Shown here piece by piece: positions 9,913 to 19,519 of a stretch of 63,788 nt of DNA. The DNA comes from an uncultured Chthoniobacterales bacterium (lineage in GTDB: Bacteria; Verrucomicrobiota; Verrucomicrobiia; Chthoniobacterales; JAATET01), in contig CAXTSM010000008.1 in the NCBI GenBank assembly GCA_964247025.1, positions 44,970 through 108,757 of the forward strand, read 5' to 3'. Both the position numbers and the translations under genes were made by a program. Every line of letters starts with the position of its first letter. Position 1 is the stretch's first letter. Under the pieces are notes generated by a model that saw only the letters and a list, made by a program, of their open reading frames with translations, was not told the DNA's origin and made no database searches.

Positions 9913-10949
9913 GCCGCCGGCCGCGAATATCCGTCCTGATGACGGTCTTCGACGCAGGCCCTTTCTTGTCCGCCGCCGTGGAAAGCATCCTTTCGCAGGC
10001 GGGCGTGGATTTCGAGTTCGTCATCGTCGACGACGCTTCGACCGACGGCAGCACGGAGCGACTGCGCGCGTTTGCGGCGCGGGATGCCCGGGTGCGGCTC
10101 ATTCACAACGAAGCGAATCGGGGGCAGACCGCGAGCTTGAACCTCGGCCTGCGCGCGGCTCGCGCGGAGTGGATCGCGCGGCAGGACGCCGACGACCTCT
10201 CGCTTCCCGGGCGCCTGGCGGAGCACCTGCGGCTCGTCGCGGGAGACGCGAGCCTCGTGGTCACGGGCGTGAACGGCTGGATCGTCGACGAACGAGGCGC
10301 GGTCACGGGAATGATCCACGCTCCGTGGCAGGACGCCGGCATTCGGTGGTCGATGCCGTTTCGAAATCCTTTCATTCACACCGGCGTGGCGTTTCGGCGG
10401 CGGTGGCCGGACGGCTCCGCGGTGCAATACGACGAGCGATTCCGCATCTGTCAGGACTGGGAGCTCTGGTCCCGCCTGCTGGTCCCCGGGACCGCGGCGA
10501 ACTCACCGCGCCGCCTTGTCGCCTATCGGCATCGGGCCGCCTCGCTTTCGCACGGCGACGCGGATCGCACCCGGGCGGAAAGCGACCAGGTCGCGAGCGA
10601 AATCTGGGCGCGGGAGTTTCCGGGCCGGATCTTGCAAGCTCCCGAGATGGCGCTCCTGCGGAGCTTTCGACAGGGCCTCGCGCCGGAAGATCGACGCGAG
10701 TTCTGGCGGTTTTATCGCCAGGTGGCGCGGGGATGGGTCGACGCGGCGAAGATTCGCCAAGCCGTGGCGCTGCATCGCTTTCAAGCGGCGGGCGCGCTCG
10801 TGGCGCGGGATCGGGTCGCGGCGGTGGCGGACGGCGTTTCCTCCCTTTTTTCCTCTCCGCGCTGGATGGGGCGGCTGTTGCTGGACCGCGCCCGGCGTCC
10901 CCGCGCCGTCGGAGAAAATTTTGTCAGCGGCGGGCCGTCCGATCGATGA
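9909..10949 (+). CDS. Glycosyltransferase family 2
   Basis: ISVLMTVFD, IVDDASTDGS, ARQDADD, QDWELW; ATGA overlap. Confidence 0.87.
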   Translation: MSRRPRISVLMTVFDAGPFLSAAVESILSQAGVDFEFVIVDDASTDGSTERLRAFAARDARVRLIHNEANRGQTASLNLGLRAARAEWIARQDADDLSLPGRLAEHLRLVAGDASLVVTGVNGWIVDERGAVTGMIHAPWQDAGIRWSMPFRNPFIHTGVAFRRRWPDGSAVQYDERFRICQDWELWSRLLVPGTAANSPRRLVAYRHRAASLSHGDADRTRAESDQVASEIWAREFPGRILQAPEMALLRSFRQGLAPEDRREFWRFYRQVARGWVDAAKIRQAVALHRFQAAGALVARDRVAAVADGVSSLFSSPRWMGRLLLDRARRPRAVGENFVSGGPSDR

Positions 10950-11895
10950 AGAGCAGCGCGCGGTTCATCTTCCAAAAAAGTTCCCGGCGCAAAGGTCCGG
11001 CGGTTTCCCACGCCCGGCACCGTTTGGTCAGATCCTCCGTCAGCAGGGTCCGCCAACGGGCGCGGATGGCCTCGCGAGAGCGGGTGACGGCGTGGCGCCG
11101 TCCCGCTTCCACGATGGCTTCGAAAAGAGCCGGCCCGGACTGCAGGTCCCGGAGGTGGCGCCGGAATTCTCCGGGGGAACGGGCGACAAGGTAGTCGCGG
11201 CCGGCGCGGCCCTCGGCTCGAAAAGCCGAATCGCGCCCGCCGATGAGCGGCACGCCGGCGAGCCAGGCGTTGTAGAGTTTTGTCGCGGGTTTTTGAAGGA
11301 AGGACGAGCGGCCGAATCCGCGCACGGCGATCGCGACATCCACGTCGGAATAATCGTCCCAGCGGTCCGCGCCCCGGATCTCGAGGCGGACGCCGGTGTC
11401 CTTTTCCAGCCGCTCGATGAAATCCGGATCGTTCAGCTGGGGAGCCAGGTTCACGTCGTCGCCGAAAAATGCGGCCGTGCGAACGACGCGGCCGCGGGCG
11501 GCGTCGCGCGGGACGAGGTGCGGCTGGGGCCAGTGCGGAACGAACGCGGAATTCGGCAGCCGGCGCGCATGCGCGAGATTCTGCACGAGTTGCACCTGCG
11601 CGCCCGGATGCGGCAGGAAATCCGCGACGATGGCCGCCACGAATTGTCCGGCGGTGGCCTGGAAATGGGTCGGAAGCAGGTTGCTGAGGGTGACGATGAT
11701 TCCCTCGGACGGCAGATCCTCGACCAGCTCCCCGAGGCCGAGGTCGCTGAGTTCCACCGCGGTCTGATAAATCCAGCATTGGGCCGAGGCGACCTTTCCC
11801 GCCTGGAGAAAAGGCGGGGCATGGTCCCGCGTCCATTGCGCCCGCCGTTCCGCGCTCGGCAGGCAATGGACCGGCAGATAGAAGAACACGCGCAC
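10924..11895 (-). CDS. Putative glycosyltransferase (GT-B C-terminal domain)
   Basis: KPATKLYNAWLAGVP motif; host-like codon usage; cluster context. Confidence 0.6.
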   Translation of the reverse strand: MRVFFYLPVHCLPSAERRAQWTRDHAPPFLQAGKVASAQCWIYQTAVELSDLGLGELVEDLPSEGIIVTLSNLLPTHFQATAGQFVAAIVADFLPHPGAQVQLVQNLAHARRLPNSAFVPHWPQPHLVPRDAARGRVVRTAAFFGDDVNLAPQLNDPDFIERLEKDTGVRLEIRGADRWDDYSDVDVAIAVRGFGRSSFLQKPATKLYNAWLAGVPLIGGRDSAFRAEGRAGRDYLVARSPGEFRRHLRDLQSGPALFEAIVEAGRRHAVTRSREAIRARWRTLLTEDLTKRCRAWETAGPLRRELFWKMNRALLFIDRTARR

Positions 11896-11909
11896 GCTTC
11901 GTTCGGTAA

Positions 11910-12416
11910 ATGATTTCGTATTTTCTGCAAGACTGGTCCGCGAACGCCGGAAATCCCAAGGGCCGGTTCGTGCTCGTCTTTTTCCGCGCCTGCCAGCTGA
12001 TCCGCCGGCTGCCGGCGGGGCTGTGGCTGCTCGGAGCCCCGGTGCTGGCCCTCTACGTCCTGCTGGTGCATTGGATCATGGGCATCGAGATCGACTACCG
12101 AAGCCGCGTGGGCGCGGGCCTTGCGCTCTATCACGGCACGGGCCTCGTCGTGCATGCGGCGGTGACGATCGGCGAAAATTGCGTGCTGCGAAACGGCGTG
12201 ACGATCGGCGAACGCCTCCGGGACGGTGGATGCCCGACGCTGGCCGATGGCGTGGAGACGGGCGTGAACGCGGTGATCCTCGGCCCCGTGACAATCGGCG
12301 CGGGAGCGGTCGTCGGCGCGGGCGCCGTGGTGCTGCGCGACGTCGAGCCCGGCAGCGTCGTGGCCGGCAATCCGGCCGTGTTCATCAAATGGCGCGATTC
12401 CACGGGCCCGGCTTGA
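11910..12416 (+). CDS. Hexapeptide-repeat acetyltransferase (WcaB/CysE-like polysaccharide acetyltransferase)
   Basis: Left-handed beta-helix repeats (VTIGENCVLRNGVTIG, VTIGAGAVVGAGAVV), VAGNPA. Confidence 0.85.
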   Translation: MISYFLQDWSANAGNPKGRFVLVFFRACQLIRRLPAGLWLLGAPVLALYVLLVHWIMGIEIDYRSRVGAGLALYHGTGLVVHAAVTIGENCVLRNGVTIGERLRDGGCPTLADGVETGVNAVILGPVTIGAGAVVGAGAVVLRDVEPGSVVAGNPAVFIKWRDSTGPA

Positions 12417-12417
12417 C

Positions 12418-13494
12418 GTGAAGTTTTGCTTCCTTTCGAGCCATGCGCATCTCGCGCTCGATCCGACGGCGGACCGCGTTTCCGGCGGCGCGGAGTTGCA
12501 GGTCGCCCTGCTCGCGCGGGAACTCGCGCGCCGCGGGCACGAGGCCGTGATCATCGGAGGAGATCTCGGCCAGGCGGACGGGATCGTTTTCGAGGGCGTG
12601 AAGACGCGCAACGGCGGCTCCTTCCAGACGGGCGCGGCGCTCGATACGTGGCGGGCCCTCCCGCGGGTGCGGCGGATCCTGGCGGAAGAGCGTCCCGATT
12701 ACGCCCTCGTGCTGGGCTGGACGAGTTGGCTGTATTTCCTGCGTTTCCTGCGGCCGACCGGGTGCGGCATCGTTTTCATTTGCGGCCTCGACACCGAGGT
12801 GAACGGGGAGTTTCGGCGGGAGCATCCGGTTCGTGGGACGCTGTTCGAGGCGGGGGTGCGTGGCGCGGACCGTCGGTTTGCAATGACCGAATACCAGGCG
12901 GGTGAATTTGCGCGGCAGGGTCTCGACCGCGGGCTGTACCGTAATCTCATCCTTCCCCGCGCCGCGCCGCGGGCGGCGGGAAAGACCATCGATCTCCTGT
13001 GGGTGGCCCGCTGTCAGCCGATCAAGCGGCCGCTCTTGTTTCTCGACCTTGTCGCGCGATGCCCGGACGCCCGGTGCCGGATGATTTGTCCGCGCGAGGA
13101 TGCGGTGCTCTGGGAGCAGGTGGCGGGGCGGGCGAGCGGGATGGCGAACCTCGAGTTCATCGAACGGGTGCCCTACCGTGAGGTCCAGGCGCATTACGAT
13201 GCATCCGAGACTTTCGTGAACACGTCCACCTTCGAGGGCTGGCCGAACAGCTTCATTCAGGCCGGGCTCGGGGGGGCGGGGCTGCTTTCGCTGGACGTCA
13301 ACCCGGACCGCCTTTTCGAGCGGTTTTCGCCGGGAATCTTTTGCGCCGGCGATTTCGAGACGATGGTCCGCGGCGCGGAATCGCTGCGGATAAATCGCGG
13401 CCGGCGGGAGGATGCGCAACGGGGTTGCGCTCGATTCGTCGCGGAACTGCACGACAACGACCGCAACGTGGACGCCTTTCTCGCGGGGCTTTGA
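12418..13494 (+). CDS. Glycosyltransferase family 4
   Basis: SGGAELQ, IKRP, NTSTFEGWPNSFIQA. Confidence 0.83.
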   Translation: MKFCFLSSHAHLALDPTADRVSGGAELQVALLARELARRGHEAVIIGGDLGQADGIVFEGVKTRNGGSFQTGAALDTWRALPRVRRILAEERPDYALVLGWTSWLYFLRFLRPTGCGIVFICGLDTEVNGEFRREHPVRGTLFEAGVRGADRRFAMTEYQAGEFARQGLDRGLYRNLILPRAAPRAAGKTIDLLWVARCQPIKRPLLFLDLVARCPDARCRMICPREDAVLWEQVAGRASGMANLEFIERVPYREVQAHYDASETFVNTSTFEGWPNSFIQAGLGGAGLLSLDVNPDRLFERFSPGIFCAGDFETMVRGAESLRINRGRREDAQRGCARFVAELHDNDRNVDAFLAGL

Positions 13495-13525
13495 TTTCGC
13501 AGCTCCCGCGATCGTCGCCGCGCCT

Positions 13526-13560
13526 GGCCGGGAAGCATCTTCCCGGCCTTCTTATTTTTC
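13526..13560 (+). terminator. Intrinsic terminator candidate between convergent genes
   Basis: GGCCGGGAAG-cat-CTTCCCGGCC followed by TTCTTATTTTT. Confidence 0.55.
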
Positions 13561-14664
13561 CGGGGCGCGGTGGCTTTGCATCCAGCTCCAGACGATGTGG
13601 GACGAGATCGCGTAGTTCCAGACCGCCCCGATGCCCGCGCCGATGGCGCCCGCGAGCCACCACGCCACCTGGTGCTCGTTGAGAGACGCCGCCACGCGCA
13701 CGTTGACGCCGGCGCCGACGCCGCAGATCGCGAGATAGGCGGCCGCGCCGAACGCCATGGGCATCCCGCGGAGTCGTTGCGGGCGAAAGGTCACGGAATT
13801 ATTGACGAAAAAATTCGAGATCATCGCGACGATGGTGGCGACGCTCTGGGCGACGACGAAACTCACCCCGAAATGGCGGAACATGATCCCGAGCGCGGCG
13901 AGATGCAAAACGAGGCCGCTGCATCCGACCGCGCCGTAGATGACGAAGTCGACGGGAAGATATTTCCCGAAACGTTTGTCGGCGAGCAGGTGCAGATATT
14001 CCAGCGTGGCGATGACGTCCAATTTGCTTTCGCCGTGCAGTCGGGCGCGGAATTCGTAGGCGACATCCGCGACGCGCGGGCGGGTCGGGGCGGAGAGGAC
14101 GAGGTCGAGCAGGATCTTGAATCCGCGCCCGCTCAGTCCCGCGGCGGCGCGCTCGAACAATCCGCGCCGCAGCATGAAAAAACCGCTCATGGGATCCGAC
14201 AACCCCGAACGCACGAAAAGTTTTTCCAGCCATGTGGCGACGCGGCTGATGAGGATCCGGGCTCCCTTCCATTCGCCCACGCTGCCGCCGGGAACATAGC
14301 GGGTGCCCACGACCAGGTCGAGGTCCGCCTCCGCGCGCAAGCGCTCCAGCATTCGCGGCAGCAGGGTCTCGTCGTGCTGGAGATCGGCGTCCATCACCGC
14401 AAGGAAATCGGCGCCGCTGGAGGCCATGCCCTCGATGCACGCCGAAGAAAGTCCGCGCCGTCCGAGCCGGGAGAGAAAACGAACGGGAAGCCCCTCGTCG
14501 GCGAGCCGCATGATTTCCTCGATCGTGCCGTCCCGAGAGTCGTCGTCCACGAACACCGCCTCCCACCGGACGCCGCCCAGGCAGTCGTTCAAACGGGCGG
14601 CGAGCGGCGCGATATTTTCCCGCTCGCGGAGGGTGGGGATGACGATGGTGAGCTCGGGACGCAT
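13552..14664 (-). CDS. Polyprenol-phosphate glycosyltransferase (DPM1-like GT2) fused to a GtrA-like membrane domain
   Basis: VDDDSRDGT, MDADLQHD, DPMSGFF, GFKILLD, GESKL; four C-terminal hydrophobic helices with NFFVNNSVTF. Confidence 0.88.
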   Translation of the reverse strand: MRPELTIVIPTLRERENIAPLAARLNDCLGGVRWEAVFVDDDSRDGTIEEIMRLADEGLPVRFLSRLGRRGLSSACIEGMASSGADFLAVMDADLQHDETLLPRMLERLRAEADLDLVVGTRYVPGGSVGEWKGARILISRVATWLEKLFVRSGLSDPMSGFFMLRRGLFERAAAGLSGRGFKILLDLVLSAPTRPRVADVAYEFRARLHGESKLDVIATLEYLHLLADKRFGKYLPVDFVIYGAVGCSGLVLHLAALGIMFRHFGVSFVVAQSVATIVAMISNFFVNNSVTFRPQRLRGMPMAFGAAAYLAICGVGAGVNVRVAASLNEHQVAWWLAGAIGAGIGAVWNYAISSHIVWSWMQSHRAPEK

Positions 14665-14766
14665 GGAGTGAGGCGCCGCCGGGAGACCGGTCGCGCATCG
14701 TCGAAGTAAAGCGAAGTCCGAAAACGCCGTCGAACAGAAGTCTCGCCGCGATGCCGCGGCGCCCGA

Positions 14767-14856
14767 TCACGGAATGAAGTAGAACGGATTCGGCAATTTC
14801 ACGCGGTTCCGCGCATAGCCGCCCTCGAGGTCGCTGTCCTGATCGCCGACGTTGAG
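14767..14856 (-). pseudogene. 3' fragment of the host HAD acid phosphatase gene split by the island
   Basis: Minus strand reads L NVGDQDSDLEGGYARNRVKLPNPFYFIP*, the exact continuation of the ORF truncated at 41443 and collinear with the C-terminus of the 40710-41366 homolog. Confidence 0.95.
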
Positions 14857-14882
14857 CAACGTGTAGGCAATATACCAGGAAT
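14847..14882. other. Left attachment site (host attB half + TGAG core at 14853-14856 + element attP arm)
   Basis: acgtTGAGcaacGTGTAGGCAATATACCAGG; arm 14861-14879 is the inverse of 41422-41440 (18/19 match). Confidence 0.92.
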
Positions 14883-14899
14883 CTGCTAGAGTTACAGCC

Positions 14900-16732
14900 A
14901 TGAAGGCTGCCGGCAGGAAACCCAAGAAGAAAATGCCCACAGCCTACAGTTACATTCGTTTTTCTACCCCCGATCAAGCCAAAGGAGACTCATTCCGCCG
15001 ACAGGTGGAGATGTCCGATGCCTATGCAGAAAAGCATGGGCTGGAGATTGATGCATCCCTGCGGATGACTGATTTGGGCAAGAGTGCTTTCACGGGAAAA
15101 AATCTTACCGAGGGAGCGCTTGGCGCTTTTGTAAAGGAAGTTGAGGACGGAAAGGTAGAGCGAGGAAGTTACCTGCTTGTTGAGTCGCTGGACCGCCTAT
15201 CCCGAGCGGTCGTGCCAAAAGCATTAAGACTCTTCCTAGCGCTAGTGGAAGCCGGCATCACGATTGTGACATTGGCCGATGAACGCGCTTACTCGGAAGA
15301 GAGTCTCTCGAATGACATGACCGACATCATCATATCGATCGTCATCATGTCGCGAGCGTATGAAGAATCCCAGAGAAAGGCCGACCGTCTTTCCAGATCA
15401 TGGGCTCAGAAACGAAAGTTGATCGGCGAACGCGCTCTCACAGGCACTTGCCCCGCATGGTTGAAGAAACGAGAGGACTGGTCCGGTTTTGACATCGTCG
15501 AAGAAAGAGCGGTGATCGTCCGTGAGATTTTTCAGCTCGTGCACGACGGAGTAGGACACACTGGCGTTACTGACCGGTTGAACACGCGGAAAGAACCTAC
15601 TTGGACTCGCGGAAAAAAGAAGGCTCAAGGCTGGCATTCCTCTTATGTGGCTAAAATCATCGAGAATCGTGCTGTCATCGGTCATTTTCAGCCGCATCGT
15701 ATGGAGAATGGAAAGCGTGTGCCGGCAGGTGACGAGGTAAAGAACTATTTTCCCGCTCTTATTCCGGAGCCGATGTTTTTGTCGGTTCAGAATCGAAAGC
15801 CAAGGCCAGCAGGCAAATGCGCAAACTCGGTCAGCAACTTATTTACCCGTCTAGCTTTTGATGGATACCACCCGGAAGCACGAATGCACTTCGGTGACAA
15901 AGGCACCTCAAAAACAGGTAAAGGTCGGTGGACTTATTTGGTTAGCGATCACCGGCGTATTGATCCAACTTCACGGAAAATTTTCTGGAGATACGACCAT
16001 TTTGAAACGGCCTTTCTTCGTTTCGTGGAAGGATTTGATTGGGGCGTTCTCGCGGGGCAGCAACGTTCAGATGAACTAACAAAAGTCGAAGGAGAGATAT
16101 TAGTTCTCGAAAGCAGAGTCGAAGAGAGCATCGCCCAGATAGAAAAGCTGGTTGATGCTGTGGCATTAACCAGTGACCCGCCGCAGGCATTGCTTGCGCG
16201 CATCAAGTCGATGGACCTGGAAAAGTCCATCCAAGAGACCGCCCTGAAACAGCTAAAGCAAAAGGGTAGACGTTTGCAGTCGCAGGAACAGTCGCTAAAT
16301 GAAAACATCGACGACCTTCGCAAATTGGCGGTAAACGCGATGGAGCAGACAGCTTTCGAGCCTCGCCTTCGCTTACGAGAGGAACTCCGTCGTAAAATCG
16401 AACGGATCGAACTTTTTCCCTTTGGTTGGCCGAACGTCGTCCAAACGGGGAGTGATCCCGAAACCGGAGAGCCGTGGTTAAAACTACAACCGCCAGATTT
16501 ACCTTCCAGTCCTGCCCAACTAAAGAAACTTGGCTCCCTTAGAAAATCTGGCTTTTGGGTCAAATTTGCAAATGGAAGCAGCACCTTTGTAACATGCAGT
16601 ACTCCCAGTAGCGCGATAAACACTCCCGAAATGAACCAGGCGCTCACTGCCACGGTGATGGAATTTTTACCATCAGGCGGAGGAAAGAACCCGCTCCAGG
16701 CAATGGCGGAATTCCAAACTTCAGAATCATGA
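14900..16732 (+). CDS. Large serine recombinase (integrase); start may be at the later Met of MPTAYSY
   Basis: AYSYIRFSTPDQ..GDS..RQ (catalytic Ser), LLVESLDRLSR, recombinase domain (LN..K.P.W..WHSSYV.KII.N.AVIG, NYFPALI), coiled coil. Confidence 0.95.
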   Translation: MKAAGRKPKKKMPTAYSYIRFSTPDQAKGDSFRRQVEMSDAYAEKHGLEIDASLRMTDLGKSAFTGKNLTEGALGAFVKEVEDGKVERGSYLLVESLDRLSRAVVPKALRLFLALVEAGITIVTLADERAYSEESLSNDMTDIIISIVIMSRAYEESQRKADRLSRSWAQKRKLIGERALTGTCPAWLKKREDWSGFDIVEERAVIVREIFQLVHDGVGHTGVTDRLNTRKEPTWTRGKKKAQGWHSSYVAKIIENRAVIGHFQPHRMENGKRVPAGDEVKNYFPALIPEPMFLSVQNRKPRPAGKCANSVSNLFTRLAFDGYHPEARMHFGDKGTSKTGKGRWTYLVSDHRRIDPTSRKIFWRYDHFETAFLRFVEGFDWGVLAGQQRSDELTKVEGEILVLESRVEESIAQIEKLVDAVALTSDPPQALLARIKSMDLEKSIQETALKQLKQKGRRLQSQEQSLNENIDDLRKLAVNAMEQTAFEPRLRLREELRRKIERIELFPFGWPNVVQTGSDPETGEPWLKLQPPDLPSSPAQLKKLGSLRKSGFWVKFANGSSTFVTCSTPSSAINTPEMNQALTATVMEFLPSGGGKNPLQAMAEFQTSES

Positions 16733-16839
16733 TGGGCATATTCGCTAGACATTATGAATCTAGCATTGGCAATTCGTAGGTTCGAGACGCCTAAGACATC
16801 AGTTTCAGAGATAGAGACTTAAACCAAATCTTTAAAAAC

Positions 16840-17400
16840 ATGTCATATTCAACTGGGAAAAATTTAATTCGAAGGGCATTGTGCCGCTCGTTACTTCGTC
16901 ACTTTGACGTTACCCCAATCACCGAATCTCAATGGACAGCTATCAAAATATTTTTTGGCGGCTGCGCATACTGTGGAAGTAATGATGAGGATCTGACGAA
17001 AGAGCATCTTGTAGGTATCAACGCTGAGGAAAAGGGCACGGATCATCCCAGTAACATCGTGCCCGCATGCTCAGAATGCCAAGGCCGGCAGCTTATTCCT
17101 AATTCAATGGGAGGTGACACATACCAAGATAATTGGCCAAATCACTTACGCCACGTTATCGCTAAACGTGAAAAAGGTTACGATGAAGAGTTGTTCCGGG
17201 AACGAAAACAAAAGATTGATCGGCACCACGTCAGTTATTTCGGCGACCCAAAAAAATTCCGGAATGCGCGAAAGAAAATCGATGACATCGTGAAGGCTGT
17301 AGACATGGGTATCAATGACCTCATCCGAAAGGCGGAGGCAGAAGCTATAGCTCTTCGGATGGCAAAGAGCTCACGCGAAGGCAAGACGGATGAAATATGA
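16840..17400 (+). CDS. HNH endonuclease
   Basis: CAYCG...TKEHLV...GTDHPSNIVPACSEC. Confidence 0.8.
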   Translation: MSYSTGKNLIRRALCRSLLRHFDVTPITESQWTAIKIFFGGCAYCGSNDEDLTKEHLVGINAEEKGTDHPSNIVPACSECQGRQLIPNSMGGDTYQDNWPNHLRHVIAKREKGYDEELFRERKQKIDRHHVSYFGDPKKFRNARKKIDDIVKAVDMGINDLIRKAEAEAIALRMAKSSREGKTDEI

Positions 17401-17404
17401 GTTA

Positions 17405-19066
17405 TTACTGTCCCATGACTTGATCGATTGTCTTTTTCTTTTTTGCAGGCTTCAACAGTTTTAAGAGCAGTTGGAGGAAAAGCCATAGGGCTTCACCTAA
17501 CTTATCTTTGCCTGCGGCAAGTTCTTTTTCAATGTAATCGAGAACAGCCTTTAATCGGCGTTCAGCTTTTTCTTTTGCTTCGACAAGGGATGCAAGAACC
17601 GCATGAGCATCATGAGTCTTCGGAACGCCGAACTCTTTTCTAATTTCGTCAGTTATAACTAATGCTCCCTCCAGTTGCCGTTCCCGCTTCTTGATAATCT
17701 TCTCTCTTTCATCCAGACGACACGCCCGGTCTTCCAAGTCCTTTGAAATTTCGCTTGGAAGGGAATCTTTCATCCCCGCAACCTCGGCGACAATAAAGTC
17801 CTCCACGGACGGCGTAGCGGAGCCAGTCTTACGATAGCTGGCAACGCAATTAGCCGCCAGCCGATCCATCCTTAATAAATCATCCGGCTCGAGTAATTCT
17901 TTGACTCCTTGCTCGAATTTACGCTCTACCCACAGATCAATAAACTTCTTCGTTATATCTTCACCGGCGGTGACAGGCTCGGAAACCTTCCCACGAAACG
18001 TATTTGATTCGCTCCGGGCGCGGTCGCCCATTTTCGCAATATCTTCCGCACATCCCGACGCCAGCCAAAGCGCAAGCTTTCCGCGAAAAGATGGTCCCAG
18101 GATTTGGCGAGGGCGAGGGAATTGCCGCCGTTGCCGCTCGATCATCTGTTCCATGTCTAGCTTTTCCGAAGCAATCTTTTCACGGGCTAATTCTCGCAGC
18201 TTATTTCGGCCGAGTTTTGGAAGACCATGAGCATTTCGCTCTTCGGATATTTGTTCGGCAATCTTTTTAGCCAAAGCAGTAATTAACGTTTTTCCTAATT
18301 CTTTCTCAACTGGCTTTTCGCGGGTCAGAGAAAAAATAAAGTGGGCGTGAAGGTCTTGATCATTTTCGCGGTGAATCGCAATTCCCACGACATCCACTCC
18401 GAGTTCTTCCGCAAACTCACCAGCGATGTTAACAACCAGCTCTTGCAGCTGCTTTACGCCGTCGTCACTGTCCAGTTTTTCACCAGCCACCAGCGCAACC
18501 CACGGTGGGAGACGGGCATAAAGGTTCCACAGCTTCTTTTCATCTTCTAAATGATGCCGATCCTCGGTGACATAAAGGGCTCGATACGCCATTTCTTCTT
18601 CCAAATGATCGCTCCACTCTAATTCATCACAGCCTTTCCATTTTCGCAGTCCCGGCGGGCCCGCATGGATTAAATTGGTAACCAGTTTGCCCGCGCCAAC
18701 GCCTGCGCGGCCGTCCTTGAGTTCCACCACACCGAACTCCTCTACCGTCTCTGCCGTCTGGGGCGTGAAACCAACGTCAACCAGCCCTTCGGCCACGGCC
18801 GCCTGCAACTCTTTCCGATATTTAGCGACTTGCTTAACCAATGCTTCCACCCGGCTATGAAGGTGCCGCGGCACCTTTTTAAGCATGGTCTTCCGACTTT
18901 GTTCCTGCTGCCACCGCTCGGACAATAAGGCGTCAAGTTGATGCTTGAATGATTTTCCAAACAAGTGCCAAATCGCGTCAGTGGACTTGAATGACTTCAT
19001 CGAATCCGACAACCGGTCTTTACCGCGACGGTCGCGTTGAGTCTTCGATTTCTTCTTAGCTTTCAT
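17405..19066 (-). CDS. Putative HUH relaxase/mobilisation protein
   Basis: GIAIHRENDQDLHAHFIFSLTR (H+HUH motif); C-terminal coiled coil; island context. Confidence 0.65.
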   Translation of the reverse strand: MKAKKKSKTQRDRRGKDRLSDSMKSFKSTDAIWHLFGKSFKHQLDALLSERWQQEQSRKTMLKKVPRHLHSRVEALVKQVAKYRKELQAAVAEGLVDVGFTPQTAETVEEFGVVELKDGRAGVGAGKLVTNLIHAGPPGLRKWKGCDELEWSDHLEEEMAYRALYVTEDRHHLEDEKKLWNLYARLPPWVALVAGEKLDSDDGVKQLQELVVNIAGEFAEELGVDVVGIAIHRENDQDLHAHFIFSLTREKPVEKELGKTLITALAKKIAEQISEERNAHGLPKLGRNKLRELAREKIASEKLDMEQMIERQRRQFPRPRQILGPSFRGKLALWLASGCAEDIAKMGDRARSESNTFRGKVSEPVTAGEDITKKFIDLWVERKFEQGVKELLEPDDLLRMDRLAANCVASYRKTGSATPSVEDFIVAEVAGMKDSLPSEISKDLEDRACRLDEREKIIKKRERQLEGALVITDEIRKEFGVPKTHDAHAVLASLVEAKEKAERRLKAVLDYIEKELAAGKDKLGEALWLFLQLLLKLLKPAKKKKTIDQVMGQ

Positions 19067-19082
19067 AATCGCTCATAAGAAA

Positions 19083-19111
19083 GGCGGCGAGGCTTTGGAT
19101 GCCTCGCCGCC
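19083..19111 (-). terminator. Stem-loop/terminator immediately upstream of the relaxase
   Basis: 11-bp stem GGCGGCGAGGC/GCCTCGCCGCC, followed on the minus strand by TTTCTT. Confidence 0.55.
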
Positions 19112-19117
19112 AATATA

Positions 19118-19519
19118 TTAGCTCATGCCATTGATAAGTTCCAGGAGCAGTTCAAAGGCATCCTCCGCGGAATTCCTTGGGACATACACGGACTCGATCC
19201 AGTTCGTGTCGATCAAGACGCCATATTTACATGGGAACGCGGGATCTGGATCGATGGGAACCCAATCAATGAGAGAGGGAATTTTCACATTTTCCAAAAT
19301 GTAATCGCCGTCCTCCGTCATGGGAATTTCGACACGCTTCGTCGGCGAATACGAATCATCGGAATCCATTTCGTGGATTTCGATGTTATATCCGCGAGTC
19401 TGATTGCCGTCTTGTTGGAAGTCGGCCCGGTAGAGAACACCGTAGTCCAACTTTAACGTTTCAACGGCGCTGATGCGAAGCGTTGTGCCTTCGCATGTTT
19501 TGTGAGGTTTGGCTTTCAT
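19118..19519 (-). CDS. Hypothetical acidic protein
   Basis: 133-aa ATG ORF with protein-like composition. Confidence 0.6.
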   Translation of the reverse strand: MKAKPHKTCEGTTLRISAVETLKLDYGVLYRADFQQDGNQTRGYNIEIHEMDSDDSYSPTKRVEIPMTEDGDYILENVKIPSLIDWVPIDPDPAFPCKYGVLIDTNWIESVYVPRNSAEDAFELLLELINGMS

